The notes below the pieces were generated by a model. It did no database searches. It had not been told where the DNA came from and was given only the letters and a program-made list of their open reading frames with translations. A DNA stretch of 64,000 bases. It comes from Squalus acanthias. Lineage: Eukaryota. Where the stretch lies: positions 4,030,001-4,094,000 of the forward strand of contig CM059432.1 in the NCBI GenBank assembly GCA_030390025.1, in the 5' to 3' direction. The stretch's first letter is position 1; each line of letters begins with the position of its first letter. The position numbers and the translations under genes are program-made. This document shows, one piece after another, positions 1 through 13,702 of the stretch.

Positions 1-170
1 CTCTTGTTGATTTTTAAGTAAAGAAGTTTCACAGATTCATTGGGTTTTGTGTTGTCTGTTCCCCGGGTCTGAACTCTATGAACTGTCAGACAATCAGAAC
101 GTCTTACAAATCATTGAATATTCCATACAGATCTGTTCTGTCCCCTTCATTATCATGAATAAATAGTTAC

Positions 171-545
171 ACAACAACAACTTGCATTTATATAGCGCCT
201 TTAATGTAGTAAAACGTCCCAGGGTGCTTCACAGGAGCGATTTGACACCGAGCCACATAAGGAGATATTAGGACTTGTGACCAAAAGCTTGGTCGAAGAG
301 GTAGGTTTTAAGGAGCACCTTAATGGAGGAGAGAGAGGCGGAGAGGTTTAGGGAGGGAATTCCAGAGCTTGGGGCCCCAGGCAGCTGAAGGCACGGCCAC
401 CAATGGTGGAGCGATGGAAATCGGGGATGCGCAAGAGGCCAGAATCGGAGGAGCGCAGAGATCTCGGAGGTTTGTGGGGCTGGAGGAGGTTATGGAGAAG
501 GTGGGGGGTGGGGGAGGGGAGGCCATGGAGGGCTTTGAAAACAAG
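171..545 (-). mobile_element. L2-like LINE 3' end
   Basis: ...PKLWNSLP... with (GTT)n tail. Similar copies near 40417-40770, 41100-41330, 49185-49750, 50330-50730, 53184-53830 and 60510-60885. Confidence 0.65.
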
Positions 546-1461
546 GGAGCAGCAACTTTGACACTATCCGAGGTGTCTAAGATGATTAAAGGAGTTGATA
601 GGGTAGAGATAGAGAGAAACTATTTCCTCCGGTGGGGGGAGTCTAGAACAAGGGGGCATAGCCTTAAAATCCATATACAACGCATCTATTCCATTCTCTT
701 TATCAGTCCTTTCTTGAAAAACTCTATTAAATTTGTCAAATATGATTTGCCTTGGAACAAGTTCATGCTGACTGTCTTTTGATTATCTCTAAATACCCAC
801 CAAGTTGATCTTGAATTATAGATTCTGAGAATTTGCCCGCAACTGTCATTGGAGTCAATGATCCAATGATCCGTCGTTTGTTGGCCCAGCCTGTCCTGAA
901 CAAAGGTGTACACCAGCTACTCTCGAGTCCAACAGTACAAGTTGTGTCTCAAAGGAAGATTGGAAAAATATGTTCAGAGTCTCTGAATTCCGATCAATAG
1001 CCTACGGGGAATGTCAACAGGGTGAGTGATCTGCCTTGACCTCCGCTAATTATTCCACAATCAATTCCTTTCCTGCAGTCACCTTGCGCAACTGTTCCGC
1101 CCCCCCCCCCGCCCCCCTTTTAGTATGAATGCACTCTTATGTCCACTGTATAACCAGATGAAAAATATTTACTTTGTGTCTCCGCCACGCCTTCACCTCC
1201 GTGACTAAGATTCCTGGCTTCATTCCCAAGCGGATTATCTGGTCATTGTCACGTTTGCTCTTTGTGGGATCTTGCTGTGCGCATATCAGGCTGCCGCCTT
1301 TCCTACATTACAACAGCGACTACACGTCAAAAACGTACTTCATTGGCTGTAAAGCGCTTTGGGACGCCCTGAATTGGTGAAAGGCGCTATAGCAGTGCAA
1401 GTTTTTTCTTTGATGTCATGGGACCATCCAATGCTATTTTAAGACAGAACCGGAGGGAGCC

Positions 1462-1653
1462 GTGAGCCCTGCGTGTTCCACCCGGTATCTACTGTGCGCC
1501 TTGCGTGTTCCACCCGGTATCTACTGTGCGCCTTGCGTGTTCCACCCGGTATCTACTGTGAGCCCTGCGTGTTCCACCCGGTACCAGCTGTGTGCCTTGC
1601 GTGTTCCACCTGATATCTACTGTGAGCCCTGTGTGTTCCGTCCGGTACCAGCT
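1462..1653 (+). repeat. 32-bp minisatellite, 6 copies
   Basis: Unit GTG(A/C)GCC(C/T)TGCGTGTTCCACCCGGTATCTACT. Confidence 0.9.
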
Positions 1654-2017
1654 GTGCGCTCACATCAGGCAGCCGCCCAGGCCATCTATTAGGAGGTTCC
1701 CAGCAAGACGGCGCCGGCCACAGCGACAGCAGAAAAAGGGCGGAAAGTTCTTCCGTTGCATTTTCAGGGCCCCACTGTCCCAGTTCTGCCAGGCGGGGGG
1801 CCTCAATAATCGGCCCACTGAGTGAGGTGAGGGCTTCCACCATTTTGAGGTGTTGGGAAAGAATAAGTTAGAGTAAACGATGCTGTGAAGAGGCTTTCAT
1901 TTTAATACAATTCCACTTGTTGACTATCGCCTAATCAGATTTCTACCAAAGGAGACTTGTTTCTGGAGGTAAAATACTCATAAGTATCTCATTTACCAGA
2001 GTGTAGCAAATGATTAT

Positions 2018-2754
2018 GGGCTGAAAATTGGGTACCTTAGCACCTCCCGTTAGCACCTCCGGGGGGCGCTAACGACTTATCGCCCGGGCGCGGCTCTCGC
2101 TAAATTCAGCAGGAGTTTAGTGGCGGCGGTAACCGGCAGTGACCGCTCCGCTGCACAGGCGGTGACGACGTCATCACCGTGCGTAGCACCCCGTTTTTGC
2201 CCCGCCTGCAAAATTGGCCCGCACCCCCTGAATCTGCACCGGGCGATGACAGCGACCGATTCAGGGGGGCGGGAACGGAGCGCCAGGAGGCTCGCGGGGC
2301 GATAAGTAAAGGGGAGGTGGCGGGCGGGGAAAAAAAAATCGTTCGACTTACTTGTCGCGGCCCGTTGCGTCTTTGAACGTGGGGTCCGTGCCACGAAATG
2401 GCAGCCCGGCGCTCCTCTTGAGTGGCAGGCTGTTGGCACTGCACCCCGCTCCCCGGTGGTCCAGGTAGGGCCCCCCGCAGCGTTATGGGCTTGGGCCCTC
2501 CCCTTTAATGAGGGGAGGAGCCCTTACAAGCCGCAGTGCTACGCGGCCCAGTGCGTAGCGCTGCAGAACGCACCGCCCCGATATTCGGGGTTAGCGCTCT
2601 AAGAAGGAAGTGGAGCGCTTGAATTAGCGTTCACCTCCCTCTTGGGGCACTAAAACTGAATCTGGAGTCACCGGTGCTAATTAGTGCCAGGCGCTAAAGT
2701 TTGAGCCCAGACAATGTTAGCGCCCCAAAATGGTCGATGCCGAATTTTTCCCCC
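2018..2754. mobile_element. GC-rich Harbinger-type MITE
   Basis: Imperfect TIR GGGCTGAAAATT/AATTTTTCCCCC; TSD TAT; subterminal sequence shared with 55727-56615. Confidence 0.7.
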
Positions 2755-3000
2755 TATGAATCCGGGAGATTATACAAGGGATTTCTTAGACGAAGCCAAA
2801 TATTATTGGTTCACCGATTATAGAAGGCTTATAATAGTATGATATACTATATTTATGACTAATCGTCAAAGACCAGTAAATCACACTCGACAGAATTGGA
2901 AACTCCAAAGGTGTTCTATGAACACAGGATAAGGAGCAGGCCATTCAGCCCCTCGAGCCTGTTCCGCCAGGTTCTGGTTACTCAAACCACACTGAAGAGT

Positions 3001-5420
3001 TAGAATCATAGAACGGTTAAAGCACGGAAGGAGGCCATTCGGCCTGTTGAGCCCGTGCCGGCTCTCTGCAAGAGCACTTCAGCTAGTCCCACTCCCCCCG
3101 CCCTTTCCCCGTAGACCTGCAAATTCTTTTCTTTCAGGTATTTATCCAACTTCCTTTTGAAAGCCACGATTGAATCAGCCTCCACCACCCTCTCGGGCAG
3201 TGCATTCCAGATCCTAACCATTCGCTGCGTAAAAAAGTATTTTCTTATGTCGCCTTTGGTTCTTCTGCCAATCACCTTAAATCTGTATCCTTTGGTTTTC
3301 GACCTTTCTGCCAATGGGAACAGTTTCTCTCTATCTACTCTGTCCAGACCCCTCATGATTTTGAACACCTCGATCAAATCTCCTCTCAATGATTTGTGCA
3401 CATATACCCCTAGGTCTCTCTGTTCATGCACCCCCTTTAGGATTGTACCCTTTAGTTTATATTCCCTCTCCTCATTCTTTCTACCAAAATGTATCACTTC
3501 ACACTTTTCTGCGTTAAATTTCATCTGCCACGTGTCCACCCATTCCACCAGCCTGTCTATGTCTTCCTGAAGTCTATCATTCACTCCTCACTGTTCACTA
3601 TACTTTCAAGTTTTGTGTCATCTGCAAATTTTGAAATTGTGCTCTGTACTCCCAAGTCCAAGTCATTTATATATCAAGAAAAGCAGTGGTCCTAGAACCG
3701 ACCCCTGGGGAACACCACTGTATACCTTCCTCCAGTCCGAAAAACAACCGTTCACCACTACTCTCTGTTTCCCGTCACTTAGCCAATTTCGTATCCATGC
3801 TGCCACTGTCCCATTTATTCCACGGGCTTCAACTTTGCTGGCAAGCCTATTATGTGGCACTTTGTTGAAAGACTTTTGGAAGTCCATGTACACCACATCA
3901 ACTACACTGCCCTCATCAACACTCTCTGTTACCTCATCAAAAAACTCAATCAACTTAGTGAAACACAATTTGCCTTTTACAAATCCGTGTTGGTTTTCCT
4001 TAATTAATCCACACTTGTCCAAGTGACTGTTAATTTTGTCCTGATTATTGTTTCTAAAAGCTTCTCCACTACTGAGGTTAAACTGACCGGCCTATAGTTG
4101 CTGGGTTTATCTTTACACCCTTTTTTGGACAATGGTGTAACATTTGCAATTCTCCAATCCTCTGGCACCACCCCTGTTTCTAAGGAGGATAGGAAGATTA
4201 TGGCCAGTACCTCCACGATTTCTTCCTTCGCTTCCCTCAGCGTCCTAGGATGCATCCCATCTGGTCCTGGTGACTTACAGCCAGCCTTTCTAGTACCTCC
4301 TCTTTATCAATTTTTATCCCATCCAATATCTCCTCTACCTCCTCCTTCAGAAGTGGGGATGTTCACTGATGACTGCACAGTGTTCAGCGCCATTCACAAC
4401 TCCTCAGATAATGAAGCAGTCCATGCCCGCATACAGCAAGACCTGGACGACATTCAGGCTTGGGATGATAAGTGGCAGGTAACTTTCGCGCCACACAAGT
4501 GCCAGGCAATGACTATCTCCAACATGCGAGCGTCTAACCATCGCCCCTTGACATTCAGCGGCATTACCATCACTGAATCCCCCACCATCAATATCCTGGG
4601 GGTCACCATTGACCAGAAACTTAACTGGACCAGCCACATAAATGCTGTGGCTTCAAGAGCAGGTCAGAGGCTGCGTATTCTGCAGCGAGTGTCTCACCTT
4701 CTGACTCCCCAAAGCCTTTCCACCATCTACAAGGCACAAGTCAGGAGTGTGATGGAATTCTCTCCACTTGCCTGGATGAGTGCAGCTCCAACAACACTCA
4801 AGAAGCTCGACACCATCCAGGACAAAGCAGCCCGTTTGATTGACACCCCATCCACCATCTTAAACATTCACTCCCTCCACCACCAGCGCACCGTGGCTGC
4901 AGTGTGTACCATCTACAAGATGCACTGCAGCAACTCGCCAAGGCTTCTTCGGCAGCACCTCCCAAACCCGCGACCTCTACCAGCTAGAAGGACAAGGGCA
5001 GCAGGCACATGGGAACACCACCACCTCCAAGTTTCCCTCCAAGTCGCACACCATCCTGACTTGGAAATATATCGGCGTTCCTTCATTGTCGCTGGGTCAA
5101 AATCCTGGAACTCCCTCCCTAACAGCACTGTGGGAGCACCTTCACCACACAGACTGCAGCGGTTCAAGAAGGCGGCTCACCACCACCTTCGCAAGGGCAA
5201 CTAGGGATGGGCAATAAATGCTGGCCTTGCCAGCGACGCCTACCTCCCATGGACGAATGGAAAAAAAACTATGTCTATGGCAGCATCTTCTTCCTTGAAG
5301 ACAGATGCAAAGTACTCATTTAGCAGCTCAGCCATACCCTCTGCCTCCATGCGTAGGTCTCCTTTTTAGCCCCTAATCGGCCCCACCCCTCCTCTTACTA
5401 CCCGTTTACTATTTATATTT
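3001..5420 (-). mobile_element. CR1 LINE ORF2 fragment (deleted, interrupted)
   Basis: RT motifs in ORFs 3006-3584, 3663-4022 and 4004-4255; (ATTCTATG)-type tail at about 3001. Confidence 0.88.
4347..5268 (+). mobile_element. Family B LINE 3' fragment inserted in a CR1
   Basis: RT C-terminal part (FTDDCTVF...WMSAAP), family 3' tail and A-run. Confidence 0.85.
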
Positions 5421-6091
5421 GCAATTTTATTTTTCTCTTGCTAAGTAAGGATCTTTTGCGAGTCACGTAACTATGTTTATTTATCGCTATCTCGCATCAA
5501 AGCTGACTTTTTAAGTCGTTAATATGTAGTCTACATTCCTCTCTCTTTCTGCATTGATGTTTCTGATCATGATTGCTTCGTCTTTCTGGTGGTCCTTTGT
5601 TGTAATCAATGTTGTTTTGCTTCCTAAGAAAACACAGCTAAATTTTAAGTATTGCTTCAGTAAAATAAGCAGTTTGTTTCCACTGAAATGTGGCCTCCTT
5701 TGTACCTTTCTTGTCACCATCTTCTGCACTTTACCACCCAAGTATTATAAGTAATGTTCATTTGCCTGAGTCCAGTAGTTCATTCCACTTGTTAGAACAG
5801 TAAATCACTTTAACTAACATTTCATTGTTAGTATAGAAGATTAAGGGTCGAGGTGTTTAAGATGATTAAAGGAGTTGATGGGGTAGATAGAGAGAAACTA
5901 TTTCCTCTGGTGGGAGAGTCCAGAACAAGGGGGCACAACCTTGAAATTAGAGCCAGGTCATTCAGGGGTGATGTCAGGAAGCACTTCTTCACACAAAGGG
6001 TAGTAGAAATCTGGAACTCTCAAGAGAGTTGAGGCTGGGGGTCAATTGAAAATTTCAAAACTGAGATTGATAGACTTTTGTTGGGTAAGAG

Positions 6092-6320
6092 TGACATAAA
6101 AAAACTACTAGGCACTTGGTCTAAGCGTTAAACAAAGCTTTAATCAACTGTTTTTCAACATGGAGATCTAGTTGTGTCCTTCACTAGTTCCTGTTAAAGA
6201 ATGTCCTGAGCAAGCTGGGCCCATGCCCGAGTATTTATACTCTCCCTGGACAGCACCACCAGCAGGCCGCCCAGTATTATTTCATAAGTAATTTCCACAT
6301 GAATGCCAAGATTCATGTCA
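6092..6320 (-). mobile_element. Possible short solo LTR
   Basis: TGACAT...ATGTCA termini interrupting a CR1 tail; TATAAATA and ATTAAA on the minus strand; TSD imperfect. Confidence 0.4.
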
Positions 6321-6829
6321 TTGAGTATTAAGGGTTACGGAACCAAAGCGGGTAGATGGAGTTAAGGTACAGATCAGACATCATCTAATTAAATGGTGGA
6401 GTAGGCTGGAAGGGCTGAATGGCCTCCTCCTGTTCCTATCACTGTTCAGTTGCAGCTGTCTCCATCTCCGTCTCAGTCTCCGTCCTCTGAGTGACCTGGC
6501 GTGCTTCTGATCATTTCAACTGCAGCAGCCCTTTAACTGCTGCACCCAGCCCTGATCCAGTCAGGAGCAGGATTCTCACTGAAAACCCACCCTGCATATT
6601 AAACGCGGCCCCAGCAAAAACGTAATGTGGTCGGGGTGCTGGAGGGATCACATGGCAGGCCGAAGAACCACCCCAGAGGCTTTCTGGCGATCTCAGTAAA
6701 AAATCCCGACCTAAATCTGACTTCTCCGTATTCCCCCTGAACTCGTGTTTGCTCCTCCCTTGCTCTTGGGCACCAATCCGGCAGGGTGTAACCAAAGTAC
6801 TCTCTGCCTGGCTTGACCTAAGAATGTAA

Positions 6830-7115
6830 CACGGTGGCATAGTGGTTAGCACTGTTGCCTCACAGCGCCAGGGACCCGGGTGACTGTCTGTGTGGAGTTT
6901 GCACATTCTCCCCATGTCTGCGTGGGTTTCCTCCGGGTGCTCCGGTTTCCTCCCACAGTCCAAAGATGTGCGGGTTAGGTTGTTTTGGCTATGATAAACT
7001 GACCCTTAGTGTTAGGGGGATTAAATATGTGGGGTTACGGGGATAGGGTGGGATATGTGTCGGTGCAGGCTCGATGGGCCGAAATGGCCTCTATCTGCAC
7101 TGTGGTGATTCTGTG
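6830..7115 (+). mobile_element. V-SINE (HE1-like)
   Basis: Same head and V-domain as 55136-55565. Confidence 0.75.
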
Positions 7116-8424
7116 ATAAGAAACAGGAGCAGGAGTTGGCCATTTGGCCCCTCGAGCCTGCTCCGCCATTCAGTAAGATCATGGCTGATCTTCCACCTCA
7201 ACTCCACTTTCTCGGGCGATCTCCATAGCCCTTGATTCCTTTAATATTGAAAAATCTATCGATCTCTGTCTTGAATATACTCAACGACTGAGCCTCCACA
7301 GCCCTCTGGGGTAGAGAATTCCAAAGATTCACCACCCTCCGAGTGAAGAAATTCCTCCTCATCTCAGTCCCCTTATTCTGAGACCCGAATCCGCCTTTAT
7401 GTCAGGTGTCAAGTTATTGGCTTGCCAAGGTCAGATGGTCCTCTGAAGCAGGCCCACTGCGCCAGCAGAGCCTGGTGCCCGGAATTCAGGGCAGAATTCC
7501 AACACTGCTTGTGGCCTGAGCTGCTTGCAGCAACAGCGATGGTCACCGTGGCTCTTTGTGGCCTTCTAGCTAGTGTCCAAGACTATCAACCGAGTGCCCT
7601 GCAGGCAGCATCCAGTACCTGTAAAGAATAGATAATACCGAGGAAGGCAACGACAAAATAACAGGAAGACAAATCACTGGTTAGGCCTCAGCTGGAGTAT
7701 TGTGTCCAATTCTGGGCACCGCACTCCAGGGAGGATGTCAAGGCCTTGGTGAGGGTCCAGAGGAGGTTTACCAGAATGATACCAGGGATGAGGGACTTCA
7801 GTTGTGTGGAGAGGTTGGAGAAGCTGGAATTGTTCTCCTTAGAGCAGAGAAGGTTAAGGGGAGATTTAATACAGGTGTTCAAAACCATGTAGGGTTTTGA
7901 CAGAGTAAATAAGGAGAAACTGTATCCTCCGACAGGAGGGCTGATAACCAGAGGTCAGAGATTTAAAATAATTGGCATTGGAACCAGAGGAGAAATGAGG
8001 AGAAATTTCTTCACACAGAGGGTTGTGATGATCTGGAACGCACGACCTGAAAGGGCGGTGGAATCAGATTCCGTAGGAACTTTCAAAAAGGCAATTGAAC
8101 ATGTACATGAAGAGGACTAATTTGCAGGGCTGTGGGGAAAGAGCAGGGGGAGTGGGACTAATTGGAGAGCTCGTTCAAAGAGCCGGCACAGGCATGCTGG
8201 GCCGAATGGCCTCCTGCTGTGCCGTATTGTTCTACGATTCTATTAACAAACTTGCACAATGGGGGTGTAATTGGCCAATTAATTTCAATACAGATAACTC
8301 GAAGTTGGGGCATTTTGGTAGGAGGAATAAGAAGGCCGCACACTCCTTGGAAAATAAGGGGCTAAATGTGGTTGAGGTGCAAAAAGATCTCGGGGTACAG
8401 ATACACAAATCATTAAAAGTAGCG

Positions 8425-8655
8425 AAATAAAAAACAGAAAATGCTGGAGACACTCAGCAGGTCAGGCAGCATCTGTGAAGAGAGAGAAACAGAGTTAACG
8501 TTTCAGGTCGATGACCCTCCGTCAGAACGAAAGGTCACAGACCTGAAATGTTGACTCTGTTTCTCTCTCCACAGATGCTGCCTGACCTGCTGAGTGTCTC
8601 CAGCATTTTCTGTTTTTATTTCAGATTTCCAGCATCTGCAGTATTTTCTTTTTGT
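8425..8655. mobile_element. Palindromic Penelope-like terminal fragment
   Basis: About 100-bp inverted arms; 12-bp TSD TTAAAAGTAGCG (8413-8424, 8656-8667). Confidence 0.75.
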
Positions 8656-8836
8656 TTAAAAGTAGCGACGCAGGTTAACAAAGCCGTAAAAAGTGCAAAC
8701 GAAGCACTGGGGTTCATTTCTGGAGGAATAGAATTGAAAAGCAGAGAAGTTATGAAAGAGGGGTGGGTACGGTAGCATAGTGGTTTTGTTACTCGACTAG
8801 TCTTCCAGAGGCCTGGACTAATGATCCGGAGACTAT

Positions 8837-10627
8837 CGCCGGAATTTTACCGACGCTGAGAGGACGGGATTGGAGACGGGTCAGCCGTGAAATTTGAAAT
8901 GATTGACAACGGGTCGGGACCCCGCAGTCAAACCGCCTCCACGCTAGTCTCCCAGGTGTCGGGTCTGTCAGCGCTGAACAGACCCGACACCAAGCGGCGG
9001 GGGAGACAATTTAAATCATTAGCTGGATTGTTAAGAGACAATTAAGTCTTATTTTAAGCTTACCTTTAGATTTTGAGAGTTGGCCAATGGCTTCCCCGCT
9101 GCTCGGGGACCACGTCAGGTAAGGAGGTCGGGTGTTGTGTCAGCATGTGATGATTTACTAACTTGATAGCTGCAAATGGTCTATAAAAGCTCCCATTTCT
9201 TAGGTCTTCACTTTCCACGCTCAGAAGTTGTTGCTTACTGCATTTGGAAGACAGATTGAGCTTTATGCAGCTTGCAAGTGTTTGGAGCAAACTCTCTATC
9301 CAGTGTCACCTCCTTGGAACAACCTCTCTCACCATTGACAGATCGCTTCTGTCATCTCAACCTCACCTGCCATCTATTCCATCAGCATCGGTGCCCTTGA
9401 AAAAAATCTCACCTTGGTCCTCAGAATCCGACCACCATCAGCCCCAACACCAGCATCAACGGGCAAACCAGCAGCACCAACATCAACACCAACCTTCTCC
9501 GCAATCACCTGATGCTGCACAGGACACAGGGCATCAGCACCCGACTACATTTTTGCCCGGGAGGCCAGGGATGGCCTCACCATGGCCAGATTTACTTCAC
9601 TTGACGCTGTACACCCTGGCTGCCACATGATGCGTCAGGTTGGCACCACCCCACACCAACACCATAAAGCATCCCTACAATGCCCAAGCCATTCCTTTCA
9701 CACTCAAAACCATTGTGGGGCATACCATTATGTCTCACCATGCACTTGCAACTCACTAAGCCTCTTCCAAAGGTGCACACAGATCTGTCCAAGAACGCAA
9801 AGTGTTGAAAATAAAGGTTTCAATGTTTGATAGCACATTACCAGAAACTTCACATGAACATTGCATAAAACACACAAGTGCCTACCTTGTGACTTGTTAG
9901 TTGGTATGCTTGTAGCAGGAAGAGGGTGAGTGTGAGGGCTGGCTAGTGAGATGGGGAAGTGATAATGTAGATAGAGAGGGATGGGTGGAGGTGCAAGGTA
10001 AGTTGGTGTGAGTAAGGATGTGCAGGAGTAGGGTAGGGAAGGCAGAGTGATGGGGATGTGATGAGAGGCACAGCAGGATGAGGTTGAGTGTGGCTTTGTA
10101 CTGACGTTTCGTGGTCTACTGAGGTCATTGAAAGGTTTGTGCCACTGCAACCTGGTTCTCCTGACAACATCCCTGCTTGTGTCCTCCTGTGCAATGTGCA
10201 ACCAGGCTGTATTGGTGTCCTGGGGAGGTGTCTTCCGCCCATTGGAAGGGAAGAGAACCTCCCTGCGTGCTGTGACTCCCTCCATAAGCATATGGAGGGA
10301 GTCATGGGAGAACCTGGGTACAGCCCTGAACCTCTGTGCAGTCATTGTCAGTGTTTGCAGCACCTCAATGCTGCAGAACACTGACAGCACAAATGTCAAA
10401 GTAAATTTGGACATGGCCCCTTTAAGGAAACCGGCTGATGACGCGTCATCAAATGACGTCATCAGACCCGCTTCCTTTTAATTGGCTGGGAACCTCGCTG
10501 GGTGGGCTTTACAAGCCCAATCATCGTAAAATCACTTCAATAGAATGGGCTGGAGCAGGCAGCGGGCTGGGACCGCGCTATCGACCCCGGCCGCCCTGGA
10601 CTCACCTCGGTAGGTGAAATCGCAGCC
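8837..10627 (-). mobile_element. PIF/Harbinger-type DNA transposon derivative with Myb/SANT-like ORF
   Basis: ORF 9728-10462 contains PRFSHDSLHMLMEGV..RREVLFP...AWLHIA...RT..QW.K.FNDL (Harbinger Myb/SANT-like pattern); imperfect TIRs; TAT on both flanks. Confidence 0.7.
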
Positions 10628-10630
10628 TAT

Positions 10631-11919
10631 GGGCTGGATTTTGTCTTGGGGTCGGGTTGGGGTCGTGTAATCCGCATTTCGTGTTTCCCCCCCTACTCCA
10701 GATTAATGTGGATGCCTGATGCAATTTTCACTTAATTGGGCAATTGAGTTGGAGCATGTGGGAACCCATGAACTAATTAGCGTTTTCAGTCTGAAAGTCG
10801 CCTCTGATGATGTCATGAAATAGCCGAGCACTTAGCAAATGGGGACAGGATAGGACAGAGTCAACATGGATTTACAAAGGGTAAATCGTGCTTGACTAAT
10901 CTATTGGAATTTTTTGAGGGAGTAACTGGTAAAATAGATGGGGGAGAGCCAGTAGATGTGGTGTACCTGGACTTCCAAAAGGCCTTCGATAAGGTCCCAC
11001 ATAAAAGATTAGCATGGAAAATTGAAGCTCATGGGATAAAGGGGAAAGTATTGACGTGGATAGAGAACTGGCTGTCAGATAGAAAACAGAGAGTTGGAAT
11101 AAACGGCTCATTTTCTGAATGGCAGGCAGTAACAAGTGGGGTACCACAGGGATCTGTCCTGGGTCCCCAGCTGTTCACAATTTATATTAATGACCTGGAT
11201 CAGGGAGTCGAATGTAGCATTTCCAAATTTGCAGACGACACTAAACTAGGAGGGGGGGTGGGCTCAGAGGAGGAGACCAGGAAGCTCCAGAGCGATTTGG
11301 ACAGACTGGGTGATTGGGCGGATAAATGGCAGATGCACTATAATGTGGACAAGTGCGAAGTTATCCACCTTGGGTGCAGGAACGGGAGGGCAAATTATTA
11401 TTTAAATGGCAATAAATTGGGAGAGGGGGAAGTACAGAGAGACCTGGGTGTTCTTGTACACCAGTCACTGAAGGCGAGCATGCAGGTGCAACAGGCGGTC
11501 AAGAAGGCAAACGGTATGCTGGCCTTCATAGCAAAAGGGTTGGAATACAGGAACAGGGATACCTTGCTGCAGCTGTACAGGGCACTGGTGAGACCACACC
11601 TCGAGTACTGTGTACAGTTTTGGTCGCCTCATCTGAGGAAAGATGTTCTTGCCATGGAGGGGGTGCAGCGGCGATTCACCAGGCTGATACCAGGAATGGC
11701 GGGATTGACCTATGAGGAGAGACTATGTAGTTTAGGGATGTACACACTGGAGTTTAGAAGATTGAGAGGGGACCTCATAGAAGTGTATAAAATTCTGACA
11801 GGTCTAGACAGATTAGATGCAGAAGGATCATTGCTGACTGCCTAGTCTCAGAGACTGTTGGTGAGAGAGGACCTGCCTGGCTTTTGATGTGAGTGGACCT
11901 GGATGCAAAAATGGCGGGG

Positions 11920-11955
<36 letters not shown>

Positions 11956-12406
11956 TTTTTTGCCAAGCAAGTCCTCCCAGGCAGTCTCTGAAGACATTCA
12001 ATGCAGCAGCATCAGAGGCGACTTTCACACCTAATACTACTACTACTACCTTCATCACATCTCCGTTGTAATAGTGGACCTGCAGCCGATAGTCAGCTAT
12101 CCACTTGTGCTCCCACCAGGTTTCACTGGAGTGTTTCACATCAGGCGTGCTTCACGTCAGAAGAGGGTTAAACTAGCTACAGCGTTTCAAAATGGCATTA
12201 CAGAGCCAATTTAGAGCTTGTTAAGGGCTTTAATGGCCTCTCCCACCTCTTGAAGGCGGGACGGAGTTGGGAACCCCGCGACTGATTATGTCAAAATTGC
12301 GTGGAGTCGGGATGGAGTCGGGATGGGGTCAGAAACCCCGACCCCGCAAATTTAACCCCCCACACGCCTCCAAACCCGACTCCATGGGTCATTCAAAATC
12401 CAGCCC
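10631..12406. mobile_element. Harbinger-type non-autonomous element
   Basis: Perfect 12-bp TIR GGGCTGGATTTT/AAAATCCAGCCC; TSD TAT. Confidence 0.8.
10832..11827 (+). mobile_element. CR1 RT fragment nested in a Harbinger-type element
   Basis: ORF 10892-11845 with YLDFQKAFD, GVPQGS, FADD. Confidence 0.88.
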
Positions 12407-13396
12407 TATGAGTTCAAATCCCACCACGGAGCTGGGGAATTTAAATTCAATTATTCAAATAAATCTGGAAAAAAGCTAGTATCAGTAATGGTGACCATGA
12501 AACTATCGGATTGTCGTTAAAACCCATCTGGTTCACTAATGTGCCTTAGGGAAAGGAAATCTGCCGTCCTTACCCGGTCTGGCCGGTATGTGACTCCAGA
12601 CCCACAGCAATGTGATTGACTCTTAACTACCCTCTGAAATGACCCGGCAAGCCACTTATTCAAGAAGGCGGCTCACCACCACCAATTAGGGGATGGGCAA
12701 TAAATGCCGGCCTTGCCAGCGACGCCCACATTCCGCGAATGAATAAAAGGAACAGGAGGTTCGTGTGGAGCATAAGGACCACACGAATGGCCTGTTTCTG
12801 CGATGTAATTCCATGTAATATTTACAGCCGCTCGTGATCCTGATCCATGTCAATCTTACCATTTACTTTCCATTGGACCATAGTGATGTGGAGTAATGAT
12901 TTTATTATTAACGCCGTTATCTATGTTCAATGCAGTAGAATTTTGTAATTGTGATTAATCCAACGTCAAATGCCATCCTACAGATTTATACCGATCTAAA
13001 ATTTGAATTAATGGAATTTTAATGATCTCCTTTTAGGACTATGGAACAATCATAAATCATTTGCAGATAAGGATTTATGATCAGATCATCACAAATATTT
13101 GCAGATTCAACAGGAAATCAGTACAAACGTTCAACAGATGCTCCGAATCATTCCATCGTGATGTGGGGCCACAGAATTTTTTTCGTAGGTTTAGAAATAA
13201 CACAAATCCCTTCCACATCAAATCAAAAAAACCAAACGTGCCGACACAGAATTATCTATCACTTTGTGTTCAGTAGACCAGCGCTGTTACATTCACCGAG
13301 AAACTTGCTTTAAATGTTTGGGAAAAAGTTGTGTACTCGAGATAGTTAACTTTGATAAGCTGGCACAATGAAAGAGGCGACATTAAAAAATATGTG

Positions 13397-13398
13397 GA

Positions 13399-13438
<40 letters not shown>

Positions 13439-13440
13439 AA
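13397..13440 (+). repeat. (GAAA)n microsatellite
   Basis: Direct reading. Confidence 0.9.
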
Positions 13441-13660
13441 CTGTTTCCAATGCCTGAAGGGTCGATAACCAGAGGGCACAGATTTAAGGTGATTGGCTAA
13501 AGATCTGGAGGAAAAACTTTTTTACGCAACGAATGGTTAGGATTTGGAATGTACTGCCTGATATAATGGACATGATGCGGAGATGCCGGCGTTGGACTGG
13601 GGTGGACAAAAATGAGAAGTCGCACAACACCAGGTTATAGTCCAACAGATTTATTTAAAA

Positions 13661-13702
13661 TTACAAGCTTTCGGAGCTATCGATCGCCCCTTCTTCAGGT
13701 AA
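13661..13702 (-). ncRNA. Minimal type I hammerhead ribozyme (second family)
   Basis: TTAC-CTGAAGA-A-GGGGC gatcgata GCTCC-GAAAG-CTT-GTAA; palindromic helix III AAGCTT. Confidence 0.6.

Noticed and set aside
1462..1653. CRISPR-like 32-bp periodicity
   Set aside because: Head-to-tail units with no unique spacers, in eukaryotic DNA; a minisatellite.
4098..5204. 368-aa ORF as a host gene
   Set aside because: Chance fusion of antisense CR1 sequence with an inserted family B RT fragment.
9244..9630. Gln/His-rich ORF
   Set aside because: Lies inside the Harbinger derivative, TTG start, low complexity; no support as an independent gene.
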